64,000 bases of DNA from Ascidiella aspersa (lineage: Eukaryota), in assembly GCA_963924565.1 (NCBI GenBank), contig OZ004611.1, positions 21,142,001 to 21,206,000 on the forward strand. Reading direction: 5' to 3'. The notes below the pieces were generated by a model. It had not been told where the DNA came from and made no database searches. It worked only from the letters and a program-made list of their open reading frames with translations. How positions within the stretch are numbered: the first letter of the stretch is position 1; every line of letters starts with the position of its first letter. Both the position numbers and the translations under genes were made by a program. Of this stretch, positions 39,001 to 51,000 are shown one piece after another.

Positions 39001-42000
39001 CACCTAAGCAGCAACAAGTTCACGTACTATTGCAAAACGAGTGTTATTGTTACACAACAATAAAATAGACGAATGACAATAGAACATTTTAACTGCTGAT
39101 AGCCTACCTAAAACAAAATCTAACTACGTTCATTGTGTTATACCAGTTTTGACTTCAATTTCTTGCGGAAACCTGACGATCTTCAACGAAATACCGGTTG
39201 AACATCACTGCTTTAACTCACAGTTTGGGCTATTGGACCAATCGTTAAATATTTGTTTTGTTTACATTATAACAAGTGGATATAGACATGAACAAAACCT
39301 TTCAAATGCTTAAAGACATTTGGAGTTTCATACGAGCGTTTAACGATTGCATTCCAGTGCCTTCCCGCAAAATATCTTGGGCATTGAATTCTTACCAGGC
39401 AAGTGACAACATTTGGCGTGAAGTATCGCCAACCTTGTAAATTTGCAATAAAAAAATGGTTGTTTTGTGCGTATATATATCGTTCTATTTTGGCGTATGA
39501 TTTTGGCAAATTTTTTTTTTGCGCAAACCTTTGCCGGCCACAAGTTATGAAATGCAGTCAGGAAGATTGACCTCACTAACCAGCTAATTTATCTTTTGCA
39601 TATTTACTTATGGATTCAGCAAATATATTTAGGGGTTAAACAGATTCTATCATGTCTAAGAAATCTATTGTTACCCCGGGCCACGGTTTAGATCAGTGAT
39701 TCCCAAACTGTGTGTCGCGGCACACTAGTGTGCTTCGAGAGATTGTCAAGCGTACCCAAACATATTGTAATTTTGGAAAAAAAGTTATTAGTATTACCAA
39801 TAGACGCACACACGCAAGCATTTTAGACCTAAATACGCACAATCCATTACAAATCAACAATATTGAGACATTTACATACATTGTGTGTCGTGTGTTGAGG
39901 GCAATTGTAAAATTACTCTATTGTTGTTCTGTTAAAAGTGCACCGCGAAACATTTAAGATTTTTTTAGTGTGCCCCAAGCTAAAAAGTTGAGAACCACTG
40001 GTTTAGATTGTGGTTCGGCTTTGCGAACTCCAGAACAATGAGTCTGTTTTCGCGTAACACGTGATGGGGGTGACTCAGGTAGGCATTGTACTTAATTTCC
40101 GTAACGAGAAAGCAAAGTCAACAATTACACTCCGGATATAAATCGCACCCGTGAATGGCACTACGCATTTAAACAAGGCCGAATTACGCACACCGAACCG
40201 CCGTCCGTAATTCAAACACCATGGGACAGATTTGTCGTCACTGAAAAAGTCGGAGCAGTTCGGTATTTGCTTTGTTTGCGAATTCGATGATTTGTGAATG
40301 ATTCATGCGGTGTTTCGATTGCTTTGCCGCAGCAGACAATTCAGCAACAACGTAGACAGAAAATGGACGAAACGGAGGTAAATTAACTTCGTGGTGATTC
40401 GACTTGGGCTTATGACGCTGAGCTAATCCTTTTACGTCGAACCCAACATTCTTTTGCGGTCCGTTGGCATTTTTTGTGTATTTGAAATAAACTTTCTCAG
40501 TAAAAAGTGAAGTACCCGTCGAAAGTAACTTGGCTTTTTAATAACACAAAAGCAAAATTATGTTCACTACCTTAAAAACATCACATTGGCACGTTTTAAT
40601 TACATGAATTCTGTTCATTTGTCATTATAATGACAGTATTTGTAATCGGATTGAACGGCTGTAATATTTTAAAATATCGGTTATCGAATAACATTCGAAG
40701 TATCCGAAATCCCGCACAGCGGTCATAAAATACATAATAATGGATTTTGTTGCTACATTTTACAAATCATAACACGATTTAGCCAATTGAAACCTAAAAA
40801 TATACGTAATACCATCACCCATACTCCTATTAGACACCAGATTTTTTTTTTGCTTTTTCTCGACTCGTTCCCTTCTGAGCCTGCATAGCTCAGTTGGTAG
40901 AGCGACGGTCCCGGCTTGACCGGAGGTCGTGAATTCGAACCTCACTTCAGGCTAGTTGTTTTTCTAGTCTGCCCTGCTTGCATCATTGATCGAGTCTGCA
41001 ATGGCTTTCGGTATACTAATGATATGTGAGCCGTAATCGTTGGTCAAAAAGCAGCTTCAGAAGGGCAAGATTTCAGTTGTAAACACACATATGTGTGTCC
41101 AGGTTTCATTGGAAGCTATTAACCAATTAAAATTAAACAGTATGTCAGCTTAGAATACTCCTCGACTTTATTTATGCAGCTGTGCAGTTTGTTAGACCAG
41201 GAGTTGCCAACCTTTTAGGCCTTAGGGCTAACCTTCATGAAACATAAATACTTTGCAGCACCTTAGTAGTATTTTCTCTAAGTGGTTAACTGTAGTGTTA
41301 CAATAAACTAACTTGAAGCAGTGTACATCAACTGTACACAAGGCAGAAAAAAACAGTGGATTTGCTGACTTCCTTTGTTAAATATCTCTTGACAATCAAG
41401 GATTATAAATTTCTTTCGATACCCTTTTGAGTTAGAAATGTCAGTTTGTGTTGGGTTTTCGCAACCTACCATTTTGGGGTTTCCCCTTTTTTCAAAGGTG
41501 AACTCAAACGCCTCGCCGCTCGGTCCGCTGGAGAGCGCCAGAGGAAGCAACTGTGCGGCGCCGTCGATCACGTGACCGCAGGAAAACTCGACGATGCGTG
41601 ACCGGTGGCGTGAGGTTTCCGCGTGGGCAAGCAATTGGTCGACGAGGCATGACGATGGCTGCATCGTACCGCCGGCCACTATTAGGGATCTACAGTCCTG
41701 CAATGTACGGGGAAAGCGACGTTCAGGCATAAACATTAGTTTTTTTTTTTAAGTCAGTTTTACTTTGGCCTTCAGGATATTTTTAATTTTAGTATCTGTT
41801 GAACCTATACTAAAGCATGGTAAGTAGCCCTACAGTACTGACCACCTTTATTCTTCATGATCTATGTACTACAAAATGAAAATCCACGGGAACCGGAGAA
41901 TCTACAGAACTCATATTAGATAACGTGGTGTAATGACTTAAGTCAATTACTTGACTTAAGTCTTTTGGACAAATGACTTGGTTTGAAATGAAGTGTTTTG

Positions 42001-45000
42001 TATTTCTTCTTGCTCTCATTTTTACTTCACTTGACTTGCGCAACTGATGACTTGGACTGGGACTTGACTTGTTATTTATTTAAAAAGACTTGACTTAGAC
42101 TTAAGTTATTTTACAAATGACTTGACTGGGACTTAGTAATTTAAAAATGACTTGTTTACAACACTGTTAGACAATGCTGGTTTACACCATGGAGATTCTT
42201 TAAATCCAGCTGCGCAAGTACCACTTACGTCCAGTATGTCCTTGAAATGCAGCGACGGATTCAACAAAAGGAACTTTAGGCCGGCTTCACCGTTCGTTGA
42301 CGTCACAGCAACCCGCGCGTCACGGCTGCATGACGTAAGAGAGCCGATGAAGCTTTCGACGTGCAGGAGCGGCGAACGCATTGTGACGTCATCGTGTGAC
42401 AGCGGTGGTTTGGAATCGCCCGGAGATTCTGCTTATTTGATAAAACAATTTTGTTTAAAATAATTTGTTATAAGTTTTAGAATAACGATAAACGTCGACA
42501 AATCAATCTGAAGCGTCTAATCAAAAGACAACGAATTAAAAAGGGCAATGTGTAGTACTTCGGTTAAATCTGTTTGGTTATCACATAATAAAATACTGTG
42601 ATTTTAACAGTTGTTATATCAGCAACGCGATCAAAAAAATATATAAGAATCATAATTTGCGATTTAAACTAACTTGTTGTTAAAATTCTTGTTAAAACCG
42701 TTTTTTAGGAATTCTGTAATTCTAATTCTAATCTTATTTTAAAACGCTATAATAAATCTAGTTGTACAAGTCTGTCCTGTGTCCTGGTTAGCATGCCACA
42801 AACCAAATAATACCTTTTCCAGAATTTTTGACGTCTTTCAAAAACGTGGAAAGAGACGACGCGGATTCGATTCCAGCTTCACACTTCTCCACGAATCCGG
42901 AAATCTTCTTGGCGATTTGACTTCTTTTGCAATATTTCAGCAACTGATAAAAATAAATGTTACAAAGATTAAACGATAAAGTAGGCGTGTGCTATAAATT
43001 TTGAGGTTTATTGGAAATACATTATCGTTGGTAAGTGCGACCTTCTAAGTGACTGAACACAATTATAAACACAAACGAAGACATAGTCCATGTTACTCTT
43101 CTCAGTATACTCAGGGATCACATGTTCTCATTTAAAATAATTACATTTTTTTTCTAATGTACATTTTTTTTTCTGATTAATTATGGGTGATAAAATCAAA
43201 AAAAATGAATGGTCCCCATTAAAGACACTGAAACCACACAAATCTCCTTATTTTTGCATATGGCGTTTTTTCCTAGAATTATTAATGATATTTTTATTTG
43301 TCCTTTCGTAGACGGAAAGAGTTTCAACCATTTTTTTTAACGTATTACCGAAAAAAAACATGAGAAAAACTAAATCACTTATGGTGTAGAAGAGTTTAAA
43401 CACTTATGGTGTAGATGAATTTAAAATGGTTTAGGGGTAAAGAGAGGTACTCACTGTCGTAACAGGGTTTTTTTGTGATGCCAATTATGCATATACTTAT
43501 ACAAAAAAGGTGAAAAATTCTTTAAACCTAAAACTTCACTGGAATTGTACAATGTACATACAAGACTCTTTTTTGTGACGAAAATGGTAGGGATACTTTT
43601 ACAGCCGTTTAAACTTCTGCATTTACCTTGAAAAAGTTGATGTTGTCCAGTGAGCAATGAAATAAAAAGTCGTTGATCGTAAATAGTTTTTCTGTCAACG
43701 TCTTTTTTTCTAAAAATAGACATCAAAGCGTGATCAAAGATATATTTCAGAGGTCGTTCTGTATTGTGGATATGTTACTAAATGATTCTAAGGTACAAGA
43801 TCGTAAATAAATATAATCTCTTATTGCAATGAACAAGTAAGTATGGACTGCGATTAACACGAAAGCATTACTGTTTTTTTTTCGTTTGAGTGAGGATTTA
43901 CGCAAAAAGTCAGTTTAAATAAACTTTCTTTGTGACTAAACTGTTTCGTCGTCTTGTCGATTTTAAATTTGTGTGCCATAAGTGAAACCAAACTCAAATT
44001 CAACTAAATAAGCTGCTCTTTATCATTGATGTGGAACCAGAATCGTTTGTTTTCACCATTCGGATTCAGGCAGATTTTGTTATTCGAAAGAATACTTTGA
44101 TTAAATAAGCTGCTAATAATTAAAAAACTTCAAGTTTCTTTTACAAACAGCAATAAAACTACTTATCAGCTGTTTTAAACTACATTGTTGCAAACAATGC
44201 CCTTTGTCATCTAACAACATTACAAATAACTTTACAGTGAAATGTAAACCAAAAGGTTAAATAGAAAATAATTAAGTGGATGTTTTAGCGACTTTTAGAG
44301 CATCACATTGATTTTTTTTTTTGTACACAACAAAGTAAAAAAAATGATTACACCGAATAAAAAAAAGTTTCATTTTGGATTTTATTCAAATTTAACTGGT
44401 TTTACCAGAAAATTTTCCTTAATATTACGTCATAAAACATATTGTGTTGCCTAGCAACGAAAAGTTGACAAATTGCCAAAAAAATCGGAAATTCAGTTGA
44501 GACTAGAGGAGGATTTGGTGTACAGGTGCGATTATTTGAGAGCTATTTTGGAGAATTTAAGTGCTATTTTGAAAATTATTGAGAGTTATTTCGGAGAGTT
44601 TAGAGAAAAAGTCGTTGAGACTTGCAGCTTTTGAACGCGCAATGGCATTCAAAGCAGTTTGGATTCTGCTTGCCGTGTGCATTGGCGTATTTTTTGTGAG
44701 ATGTGGAGCGGTAACTGAGGTGCCGCCGCTGAATGATCATCCCACATATGCCGATCTTCGATTGGTTTTGGAGGAAAAATACAACAAAGGGATTTTGGAA
44801 ATTCAGCAAAAACAGGTGAAATAAATGGAGAAACTTTAAAAACCTTTTTAAAATCCAGCAAAATAAACTCATACTAAATTATATGTCTATAATTTATTTA
44901 AACTTCGATTAAAGTTCGTGTTGACAAAATGCCTAATCGCTCAATAAAATTTATTTACTGGATTTTTTTTGTAAACAGTATAAGATAATGTGCACTGTAA

Positions 45001-48000
45001 AAAATATATAAACATATATTACTTTTTTCACAGGATGATTCATTGACATGGTTCGGTTTGAACCCACTGGAAGTATGTGAATCGGCTGAAAACCTAATTG
45101 GACTTGACATTTGTGGCCCCATCAAGGCTTTATTTGCCCGAACAAGAGAACACGAAACAGTAAGTCAGAGTATAGAGAGTTCAAATATATACAAAGCACT
45201 AAAACCACGTTAATGTTAGTATTGTTGTCGTTGTTAAGTACGAACCTTAATACCTTGCTGACTACGCAAGTTGTTTCAACCGTTTTTAAAATTTTCAAAG
45301 TCAGTACACATTTTTTAGCCAAAAAGTGTAACGTAAAATTAAATTATTTTTTTTTAAAAGGTTGCTTTGGCCAAAGCGCTGCATCTACCGCCACCGCGTG
45401 GCGTGTGCCGCAAACGGCGACTCGCGAAATTGGAAACAGCTTTGGTAAGTTTAAAATCGAAGGACAGCGCATGTTTAAATTTAGTTCGCCTGTCGTTCTG
45501 TTGCCTTGGTAAACACAAATCGAAGGCCAAATTTAAAAACAAAAAATATATAAAGCCTCTCTACTCAATTTCCAGAAATCTATCAAAAATCATTTTTAAG
45601 TACGCATAGAAGTTGTTCAAGTGTTATTTCAAAAAAAGCAACATATTTTGAATTCGATTTAGGTTTTAGAAGACATCGACTACGCGCCTGCAAGCGCAGT
45701 AACACAAACCAGTGATCCGTTGGCGGCAATGAGTTGGTGTATGTTCAACAAGGCGATTTGTGTCGGATGGGCAAACGCTAAGGAACGGGCGGCCATAGCA
45801 GAAAGCGCGATTCAAGCACAGGTAAGACTCTTGGAGCTCGGTTTTAAACCAAATTTGACGTAAACCACAAAGCAACTTACGATAAGTCCGTATATATTTC
45901 TATCTGAAACCGGTTTGTAAACGAAAATTTGGGAAAGGTGTAGGATTGTTTATTCAGTCAAACGCTAAATAATGATTAGTTATTAAGTCCAACGCTAAAA
46001 AATAAAATAAACCAGATTACAGTTTTAAAAATAGCGACAAGACAGTGGTGAACCTAGGATGGACCTGACCTGGCCATACATTAACCCGTCATTATTGCCG
46101 TGTCGCAAAATCTCTTTAAGTAACGTTTTAACCCAGTTTTTAATGCCGTGTCATTTAGTAACCTATTATTTCTTTGGTTTTAGATCGACACACCGGGATT
46201 CGAGAAGAAAAAGTTCATTCAACCGGTGTTGATCGACTCGCGACTGTTCTATCCGCTACTGGCCCTACTATTTTGCGCTTTTCTGCGGTTCAGAAAGCGA
46301 CGCGCTTATCCTTACATTTCGCCATGATTTTCAATAAAATATAATTATTTTAAAGCCGTGTATTGGACTGTTGGACGTTGGTGCTATTACTAGGGTTGTG
46401 TTTTATCAAAAAGCAGCACATTTTTTCTAGTTATGAATATGGTTTAGTGGTAAAACTTTTTTAGAATATCCGGTGACTGAGCCCGAAAGTTCTTGTGCGA
46501 GCCTTTTTGGCAAATGTTTTCAAAAAAACAAACGTTTAGCGTTAATACACAAAAACATATTTTTGGGATACGTTAATTTTGGGTAACTACTATTTTCCTT
46601 TATTTTTTTTACAAATATAACAACAAAGATAGTGGTGATTTTATTGCAGGATGTAAGTTTTTACTAAGAGCAGTTTTTCTCGATATTTTTTAGGCGGCGA
46701 CCCGCATACTGAGTAAAACAACAATTCTATTCACTGATAGTTTTTTGTAAAGCAAACAAAATAAAAAATAATAGCATAAAAATAAATGAATTTAACTAAC
46801 ATAAATCATGGCTTCGTATGACTTTCGCAATTTTCTCTAAATTTGGATAGTTTCTGATCAGAACCAATCTCATAAAATCTCAAACCATATAAAACTACTG
46901 CAGTCGGAGACCAAACCAAACCAAAACAAACAGCAAACACATTGATTGCGAAACACTTACTTGGAGATTGGCAATAAACATAAAACGTTCTTTCTTAAAC
47001 AGAAAAGGTCTTCTTACTCACCCTTGCTCGGCGCCAATGCCTCTTGCAGACGTTTCACCACGAATATGAGCTGATTGACGTAAAAAAGATTTTTAGCCTT
47101 CAGTCGCTTGATGAATTTCTGCTGATATCGAATCAGCTGGTTCCGCGCCTGCGTCACGCATTTTCCAGAAATCTTCAAGTAAAGATTTGAAAGCAAAGCG
47201 TCAATTTTCGATACAGATTTATGCAGGGATTTTAAATGGTTGTAGTTCTATACCAGGGGTGGGAAAATGTATTCAATGGAAGAGCCATTTGCAAAAAATA
47301 AAAGTATCAGAGAGCCTCAAAATTATTTCAATACAAAAACGGTAAATAATGTAAGTTCAACAATAATAACAGAATTGTAATATACCAAAACGGTATCAAT
47401 TCAACACAATAATAATAACGGTAATAGCAAAATAACACGCACAATATTACCAATATCAGTATTTTGTTTGATTTGCTAATCTCTGAAACATTAACAATAA
47501 AATTGCGTTGACTTGTTGTTAACTATCTCTTTGATTCTATGTCTAGGGTTACGTCATAAACGAAATGCTGGCCTTAAAAAAAGAAAAAGGGAGAAACGTT
47601 CATAAACGGTACTCTTTGGTAGCCGTTTGTTGTTTTGGAATTTTACGATTCTACTAGAAGAGCCACAAAAAACATGCCGGCGAGCCGCATGTGGCTCACG
47701 AGCCGCAGTTTGCCCACCCCTGTTCTATACAGTGTAGTTATTTTAGGTTCTGCAGTATATAGTTGTTCTATTTTCTTTTTCTTCACGTTTCAAACCCGTA
47801 TTAGATGTCGACAAATCATCTTTTACAAGATGCAGCATTCAAATCAGACCAGGGGCTTGCTCTCGCAGTTACCGATATCTATACGTACCACAAGGCTTGT
47901 ACTATTTTTCTCAGTATTGTTAAACAATTCATGATATATTTAATTTAAGAACGGATTAAAGTGTAACGATGTTTCGGCGCATGCTGTAGTGTATTTTAGT

Positions 48001-51000
48001 TAAATTCTTTTTAGACTTTTTATCGAAAAGAGTCGAGATTAATAACCAATAGATTGTTATTTTTTTAAGTAGCAATTAGTTCCTTTTCATACAAGGGATT
48101 TATGTGAAAACAAATGAAGTGATAAGTAGCTTCACATTTACCGCTTTTTTTATTAGAAGCATATTTTTATATACACACATTCCGCTTACAGTTTCAAGCC
48201 AGCCTAGTTCCAAGCCAATACTTAAACGATAGTGGACACATATTGTTACGTGCTTAATTAGCACTACAAAATTATCACCGGTTGCTAATTACGCCGACTG
48301 TAAATTCTAACATTCATTATTAATTTTGCGCCTTCGTTCTTAAATGTAGGGCTAGGAATTAGGTTTTCGCATTTCAAGACACATATCCAATTGAAACACG
48401 TTGTGCCCTGTAGTGCGTTCATGTCGACAATATACATTAGTGATTGAGATATCCGATACTTTGTATTTTATTCCGATACCGATAAAAAAACGCCGATCGA
48501 ATACCTTTGCCAAATGATGTCAATATTGTGGCTAACTATGTAAAATTTACCAAATTGGTAATGTTTTTCGGGTTGTTCAGATAATTGCTATAGCACTTTA
48601 AGTAACTTAGTTTAAGCAAGCAATCGCAAACCATGACTGAAATTGCGATATGTATGAAACTTGGAATATCGGCTCCGATATGATTATATCCCTAATATGC
48701 GCCGCCGTTCACAAAGCAATCGCAATTTAAAAGCTATACAAAATAAAAGTACGAGTCACTCCTACCCGAACGGAATACATGGAGTTCATAGCTTCGACGA
48801 GGTTGTGCGCTTCGTCCACTATTATCACCGAATCCTTGAGTCGAATTCCCGAGGCTTCCCGTGTAGATCGGTGCAGTAGGGTCTGATAAGGCAACACGAC
48901 CAACTGGCAAAGCGAAATTGAACGCCTAAAAGCGGAGTCGAATGCGAAAATATGAACTTTTTTTTCATTGCGAAAACAGAATTCGTTAAGTAAAATCAAA
49001 GTGCGTGAACCTAACAAATTTTACAGCAAAATTTTCATGTTTACTTGTGATGCTTTCAGTTTTACAGAGAAAGGGCGAAAAACTGTTTTACCCCAGCTGT
49101 CAAACACCAGGATATGGAAAGTTGTCGACGTTGGAAAAGCAAAATATAAATTTCGAACGTGTATATAAAAAAACAGCTATTTTGACTAATTACTATAATT
49201 TTTAGCGACACCTTTTCATACTTCTTATGTCGTTTAACAAACAATATAATAAAAATTCAGGAATTACTACCGGGTTGCATAGTATGGACACGCCTCTATC
49301 GACTTTCCCTGCTTAACGACGTCTTCAATGTCGTGCACATCTCGAACAATTGTTTCCGTAAGATCCGATATTCCTTCGTTGTTGCTATAGTAACAGCAAG
49401 TCCCGGTGGAGGCTACTTTTCGTCTTTTTTTAGGTTGTTCTGTAAAACCATGGCATTTTAACTCGTTATAACCATTAAAACAAACAAATTTGTTATAAGG
49501 TGATGACATAATAATAAGAATCCGCAATACGAACCTGTGGCTTTATCATTTCTATTTGCGTTTTTCTGCATTTCAAGACATCGGTCATTTATCTGAAAAT
49601 ACCAAATGTACGCTAAGAATAAAATCATTATTACAGCTATCATTGTGATTTTAAACCATTTTAGATTCGACTGTAATGCAGAACTTTTTGTAACTTACCA
49701 ATTGCAGGGATTTCAGTTTTCTTACAGCTTCGTTGACACAGAGTGAATTTCTTGAGGCGAGGGTTGTCACAGTAACCGTAAACTGGCCTTTTTCTGTACT
49801 GAGGGATTTTCCAAAGGGGGACTTTTTTAGTTCATTCACAAATTGTGATAACTGAGAGTGAGTCCTGCTGCAGAAATATATCTATAATAGAGAACACAAT
49901 GTCTCATTAAGTTAGAATTGATTAACTTAGCTTTAATTTAACATAACTTTATTTATATCTTGCAAATTAAAAAAAAATCCAGAAAAATAACAATTTTATA
50001 AGTTACCAAGCAAACATAGTATTAAAAACTGCATTTTGTGTGTATCATATATATTAGCAAGGCAGATACATAAAATTAAAACACTGAAATTACCCAACAA
50101 AAATTTAACTACACCAAACACAACCTAAATAGGCAGTAGAAAGAAATCAATATTCAGTAATTCTTACTCTGGTCATGTGATCTTCATCATTAGTTTGCCA
50201 TTTATTGCTTTCTTCATCTTCATCATGACTTTCATATTCTTTTGGCACTAAATCTTCCATATTGTCATCTGTAATTAAATTGGATAATTGTAGAGATAAG
50301 AAGCCACACATACTTTTTTACTGATTTTTGTATTGTTAGTTCTTTTTTTATATTTGTTTTGAACAGCTAGGTTTGTTTAGTGAGAATTATGATGAGTAAA
50401 CAAGAACTTAATTTTACAGACAGAAACTACCCAAATTGTTTTGTGTGTTGTCCTTATATGACTCAATTTCCTTTCTAGCTTTTTCCATTATAGCTAAAGT
50501 TTCATCCTCTTGTTTTCTCTACAAAAAACATTTTGTTGTAAAACAAAACAAACATAGTTAAACTTATAAATAAAAAATAAAAAATAAATAATCAAGGAAA
50601 TAAAAGTAAAAACTAATGTATAGAAATAGGCAATTGAAATTTTGTAGCAAATATAAAATTAGGGACAACAAACTTAAATACCTTTTTTCTATACACTTTA
50701 CTACTTGATTTAACATCCAATGACCCCGTTTTATTTTTGATCATTTTCATAGTAGTTTTTCTTTTTAGTCTTTCTTCTTGTACTTGTTTTGCATCTTCTA
50801 CATCTTTGCTTAAAGCCTGACGATCTTCAAAGTCTTGAATCCAATCCAGACTATTGCTTGAGTGTGATGGCTGTTTTAAAATGACAATGGTTGATTGATT
50901 ATTTACAAGGTTGTGATGACTTAAGTTAAATGACTTGACTTGTCTTTAATCTTTTGTACAAATACCATAAATTAAGATATTTAGGCAATTGGTTTGGTTT

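Noticed and set aside
40879-40953. Functional tRNA gene
   Set aside because: The anticodon arm is mis-sized and lacks U33, the T-stem and acceptor stem have mismatches, and it is attached to a repeated body; best explained as a SINE head.
45070-45120. Insulin/relaxin B-chain-like CX11CG in the nested protein
   Set aside because: No A-chain CCX3CX8C follows and there is a C-terminal hydrophobic anchor; CXXC motifs of IZUMO-type folds are also absent.
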